NCBI RefSeq assembly: GCF_021378375.1
Contig: NZ_CP076228.1
Span: forward strand, 450,001 to 482,000
Direction of reading: 5' to 3'
DNA length: 32,000 bases
Origin: Wolbachia endosymbiont of Drosophila innubila
GTDB lineage: Bacteria; Pseudomonadota; Alphaproteobacteria; Rickettsiales; Anaplasmataceae
Each line of letters opens with the position of its first letter. Position 1 is the first letter of the stretch. This document shows, piece after piece, positions 28,027 through 32,000 of this stretch. The notes under the pieces are model-generated. The model worked only from the letters and a program-made list of their open reading frames with translations. It was not told the origin of the DNA and did no database searches. Both the position numbers and the translations under genes were made by a program.

Positions 28027-28655
28027 GTGCGACCTGAAAGCCTTCGGTCATATTGTTTATAAAAGGAGAGGAATTCATTCAGAAAGAAACTGAAAGGATT
28101 CTAAAGCTTATTGAGCCAGATGTTTTGCCATCTGAGTCTACGCATCAGTGCGAATTGGGTAACCAGTTGGTGCTGAGCGACGCGGACAATGAACCTCCTC
28201 TTGATAAAGAAGATGCTCAATCGTGAGAGAAAGCATAAACTACAAGCATCATGTGGTTGGAGGGCTAGGCTTAGTGGTATGGTGAACGTAAGTGAAGCTT
28301 CATAAGTATCGTAACGATTAAAGAGCTAAAGATGCTGATAAGCTCCGACCAAAAGGTAATGTGACATTTTTCATTTCTGGATGTACGCAAATAATAATTC
28401 CACCGGTATAGAGAAGCCACCTAACCCACTATTGTATGACAAAAGGAACAGGATAAGCCTGTATTTTCGCCTATATGGCAGGCAACCCGCAAGGAATGCT
28501 GATGGATGTGCAGGTAAAGGATAATGGAGAAAGCGAATGCCATTTTGTAACGAAATGGATAGAATTTGTAACATTAATTCGCGTGAAAACGAGCAGACTT
28601 CCATTTGGTCCTTCATGACAAGAAACTTTGTTAACCACTTAAGGTAGGAAAGCAG

Positions 28656-30198
28656 ATGATTACAAGTACAACTGTAAGTGCACCTACCAATAACTCCGAA
28701 GCATGGAACCAGTTACCCTGGAAGAAATGCCAAAAAGTTGTTATGAGGCTACAGAGGCGTATTGTTAAGGCTGTCCAACAAGGCAGATGGGGTAAGGTGA
28801 AAACTTTACAACACCTTCTCACACGCTCTTTTAGCGGCAAAGCTTTGGCGGTTAAGAGAGTAACTGAAAACCAAGGAAAAACACAGCAGGTGTAGATCGT
28901 CAAATATGGTCAACTTGCAACACAAAATTTCAAGGAATAAAGCTATTAAAACAAAGAGGATACAAACCTTCTCCGCTAAAACGGATATACATCAGTAAGT
29001 CTAATGGCAAAAGAAGACCTCTTGGAATCCCTACGATAAAAGATAGAGCCATGCAAGCATTATACTTGTTTGCTTTGGAACCGATAGCTGAAACGATCAG
29101 TGATCGTCACTCTTATGGTTTTAGACCAAAAAGATCCTGCGCAGACGCTACTGTGGCTTGCCACTTGTTACTGGCAAGCCGTAACCAACTACAATGGATA
29201 CTCGAAGGTGATATTAAAGGGTGTTTTGATAACATTAACCATGAATGGCTCATGAAGCATATTCCTATGGAGAAGAAAATTCTTCATAGCTGGTTAAAAG
29301 CTGGCTTCCTAGAATCAAAAACTCTGTATTCCACAACTGCAGGTACCCCACAAGGTAGTATCATCTCTCAATACTAGCAAATCTAGCCCTAAATGGACTT
29401 GAAAAATCATTGGAAAGTCAATTTGGTAAACTTGGCAGTAAAAGAAGAAGCAAAATCAGAAGTGGAGTAAATGTAATCAGGTACGCAGATGACTTTATCA
29501 TTTCAGGAATCACACGTGAAGTACTGGAAAATGAAGTAAAACCTCTAGTATCGTCCTTTCTTCAGGAGAGAGGTCTTATCCTTTCCGAAGAGAAAACAAA
29601 AATTACATCTATTACAACAGGGTTTGACTTTTTTGGTTGTAATGTACGCAGGTATAATAAGAAGTTAATTATAAAACCTTCAAAAGAAAGTATTAAGAAA
29701 CTTAATAAAGCACGTACATTGATAAAGGCAAACATAGCGAACACTCAGGCCGTACTAATCAAGTTGCTCAATTCCCTATTAAGGGGATGGGAAAATTACT
29801 ACAGCCATGTGTGTGCGAAAAGAGCTTTTAACAAAATAGACCATGAAATTATGTGTGCTCTATGGAAATGGGCAAAGAAAAGACATCCTCGTAAAGGATT
29901 ACGTTGGATAAAGAATCGTTACTTCAAGGTAATGAAACAACGCCAATGGGTCTTTGCTGCACCCATATGCAAGAACAAACCGAAAGAGATAAGGTATTTA
30001 AGACTGCTTAGGTTGATTGATATACCTATCAGACGACATGTTAAAATCAGGGCGGATGCAAATCCACTTGACTTAAAATGGAAAAAGTATTTTGATGAAA
30101 GAGTGAAACAAACAAAAATGTTAGCAAGCTCTTTCTCAAGAGAAGGTTCTCTGCTGTTGGTGTCACCATTAAGAATGATGTTTTCTGAGGAATCATGA
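28656..30198 (+). pseudogene. Group II intron reverse transcriptase/maturase, two 1-nt frameshifts
   Basis: Three frames cover the gene. 28656-28895 reads 'WNQLPWKKCQKVVMRLQRRIVKA...[17 protein letters not shown]'. About 28884-29377 reads 'GVDRQIW...[14 protein letters not shown]...GTPQGSIIS'. About 29366-30198 reads '[10 protein letters not shown]...RYADDFII...RGWENYY'. No HNH endonuclease domain was seen. Confidence 0.85.
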
Positions 30199-30242
30199 AG
30201 GACAAGCCGGTTCGAGAAAAGAAGGACTTAGATAAGGGGCTC

Positions 30243-30276
30243 AAGCGTAGTGTGGAGAAACCTGCATGCTGCGTTT
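30243..30276 (+). other. Group II intron domain V candidate (34 nt)
   Basis: The fold is AAGCGTAG/TGTGG-AGAAAC-CTGCA/(TG bulge)/CTGCGTTT. It has an AGC triad at positions 2-4 and a 2-nt bulge on the 3' strand. It sits 45 nt after the IEP stop and 41 nt from the 3' splice site. Confidence 0.6.
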
Positions 30277-30317
30277 CTAAGGGAGGGAGTAGTAGCAATA
30301 CTACTTCCTTACCTAAC

Positions 30318-30941
30318 CAGGTCGCTAAAACTAAGGGCTTTGAAAACGCGCACAACTTTATGCTGCTAAGGCTTACTCAAGACAAGCTGATAAATCTGGT
30401 AAATACGTTGATTTAAAGAAGATTTTCTTTATCGCGATTTCAAATTGTACCTTATTCCCTGATAAGCTTGACTATATATCTAGCCATACCATAAGAGATG
30501 AAAACCAATGAGCATGACTTAAAAGATTTTCAATTTATCTTCATAGAGCTGCCAAAATTTCCTAAGAGTAGAGAAGAACAACTAGAAAGTGTAGTAGACC
30601 GTTGGCTATTTTTTTTCAAATATGCAGATGAAACAACGGACGAAGATCTCAGAAAAATTGCGGAAAAATCACCAATAATAAAGCTAGCATATGATGAATT
30701 AGATAAGTTTCACTGGAATGAAAAAGATCTAATAACTTATGAAGAAAGAATAATGGATCTGCGCAAAGAAGAAGCCATTCTTGAATACAGACTTGATCTT
30801 GCTAAAGAGGAAGGTAGAAAAGAGAGGGAAATTGAAGTCGCAAAGAATCTACTTAAAGCAGGTGTTTCTATTGATATCATAGCTCAAACTACTGGTCTTA
30901 CAGCTAATGAAATTAAAGACTTAAGCTCTTTGGATGTTTAG
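30318..30941 (+). pseudogene. Rpn/YhgA-like gene copy 2, 3' exon with two indels (-1 at 30343-30346; -2 near 30503-30508)
   Basis: It resumes 'QVAKTKGFE'. An A4 run replaces the A5 of copy 1 and shifts the frame, giving a stop at 30414-30416. Frame is restored near 'DEN..NEHDLKDF'. The last 147 codons (30498-30941) are an intact ORF collinear with the copy 1 C-terminus. Confidence 0.8.
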
Positions 30942-31481
30942 ATGAACATCTTTGTACTAGATGAAAACCCAGAGATTGCGGCAAAAATGTTATGTGATAA
31001 GCATATAGTAAAAATGCTATTAGAAACTGCTCAGTTACTGAGTAATGTTTTTTCAATAGCATTAAAAGTGCCAAATCCTTTAGTCAGCATCACAGACCAG
31101 AATATAGAAGTTCCATATAAACTTACTCACAAAAACCACCCTTGTTCTCTATGGGCTAGACAATCCAAAGGGAACTTTTTCTGGTTAATAAAATACGGAA
31201 GGGAGCTGTGCAAAGAGTATACTTGGCGATATAAAAGAAAACATAGATCAGAAGAAGTTATAGATTGGTGTGATAGTAATAAGAATTTGCTTGTTTTTCA
31301 ATCAACCGATATAAAGCCTTTTGTACAGGCGTTACCAGATCAATATAAGTCTAGTCATTCAGTAAAAGCTTACAGAGAGTACTACCTAAAAGAAAAGATG
31401 AGGTTTGCTAAGTGGGAAAAGGGTAGAGAAGTACCGGATTGGTTGCTAAGCAGAATCGTACGTCTGAAAAGCCGCAAATAA
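30942..31481 (+). CDS. Conserved hypothetical protein ('LD..P..AA..LCDKH.VKM.LE.AQLL' / 'THKNHPC..W' family; function unverified)
   Basis: 179-aa ORF whose ATG directly follows the Rpn-like stop (TAGATG). I recall family members in phage and mobile contexts, sometimes labelled pyrimidine-dimer glycosylase-like. I cannot verify that here. Confidence 0.55.
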   Translation: MNIFVLDENPEIAAKMLCDKHIVKMLLETAQLLSNVFSIALKVPNPLVSITDQNIEVPYKLTHKNHPCSLWARQSKGNFFWLIKYGRELCKEYTWRYKRKHRSEEVIDWCDSNKNLLVFQSTDIKPFVQALPDQYKSSHSVKAYREYYLKEKMRFAKWEKGREVPDWLLSRIVRLKSRK

Positions 31482-32000
31482 AAAGAACGCCTTAATTAGT
31501 AGAGAGGAAGGTGCATAAAAACTAAAACATCTTCTCACTTTAACTCTTAATTAGATTTGAGGTAAATCATTAAAATCTCCACTCTTTTAACTGAGTCTGA
31601 TAAAATTTAAAAACGGCAGTTTATTGAATACTTTACATGATTAAACCATTAAAACTCTTCAATTTTACTGAATTGATGGTAATTTCAAGGTATTTGCTGC
31701 TCAAATTTAGATACATGCTAATTTCTCTATTATAAATACTTAAATTATAAACTATTTACTCTTTAATTTTGGTTATTAGTACTGCGATCCAGAGGTATTC
31801 CAACATCACTCACTTCAGAAGAGCAAAGTACTCTGATAATCTGGAATTTCAAAGTAAGGTCTCGATATTACTTCTTTTATAACCTAACGAAAATCTGAGT
31901 TCAGAACATAAAACCAGTCCCTTAATATAACTACTTTGCTGTTCCCTTACTATCATTTACAAAGAAGCCCTTATATTTTTCTACTAAATCTGGTCTTTTC

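Larger units (their letters stand above)
28027..30317 (+). mobile_element. Group II intron (2291 nt) with degenerate intron-encoded RT/maturase
   Basis: The 5' end is GTGCGAC and the 3' end is ...CCTAAC. Boundaries are fixed by comparison with the uninterrupted paralog (13535|13536). There are 629 nt of structured RNA before the IEP. The domain V candidate is 30243-30276 and domain VI is 30281-30313, with a bulged A at 30311. Confidence 0.85.

Noticed and set aside
28371-28903. Minus-strand ORFs 28371-28616 and 28631-28903
   Set aside because: They lie antisense within group II intron domains I-IV and the IEP 5' end, so the intron accounts for them.
31482-32000. 519-bp ORF-free tail of the window
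   Set aside because: I found no repeats, RNA-gene signatures or recognisable gene remnants. It cannot be interpreted without the adjacent sequence.

Overview
The window is AT-rich and reads like a Wolbachia-type (Rickettsiales/Anaplasmataceae) endosymbiont chromosome. That assignment is inferred from gene content and repeat types, not from any search. Conserved housekeeping blocks are ygfZ-like, groES-groEL, an AsmA/YhdP-like envelope protein plus rnhA, ctaB-coxA-coxB, coaD, the rpsB-tsf-pyrH-frr-uppS-cdsA string, yajC, glmS, tRNA-Phe and tRNA-Asp. Two accessory patches interrupt them. Patch 1 (about 11.2-19.3 kb) holds a degenerate IS3-family element and an Rpn/YhgA-like PD-(D/E)XK gene. It also holds an ankyrin-repeat effector candidate split by a homopolymer frameshift inside a perfect tandem duplication. 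A nested IS pile follows (916-bp IS5-family element, inside a truncated IS3 copy, inside an IS4-like remnant), then a signal-peptide-bearing amidotransferase-like ORF. Patch 2 (about 27.6-31.5 kb) holds a second Rpn-like gene split at phase 0 by a 2291-nt group II intron. The intron ribozyme core looks intact, but its RT/maturase has two frameshifts. A tightly abutted 179-aa gene of unclear function follows. Short palindromic repeat elements occur at five loci, including one in frame inside the AsmA-like CDS. I saw no CRISPR array, rRNA, prophage structural genes or cif-like genes. No complete novel multi-gene system can be demonstrated from sequence alone. The best leads are the ankyrin effector locus and the Rpn/intron/179-aa locus.
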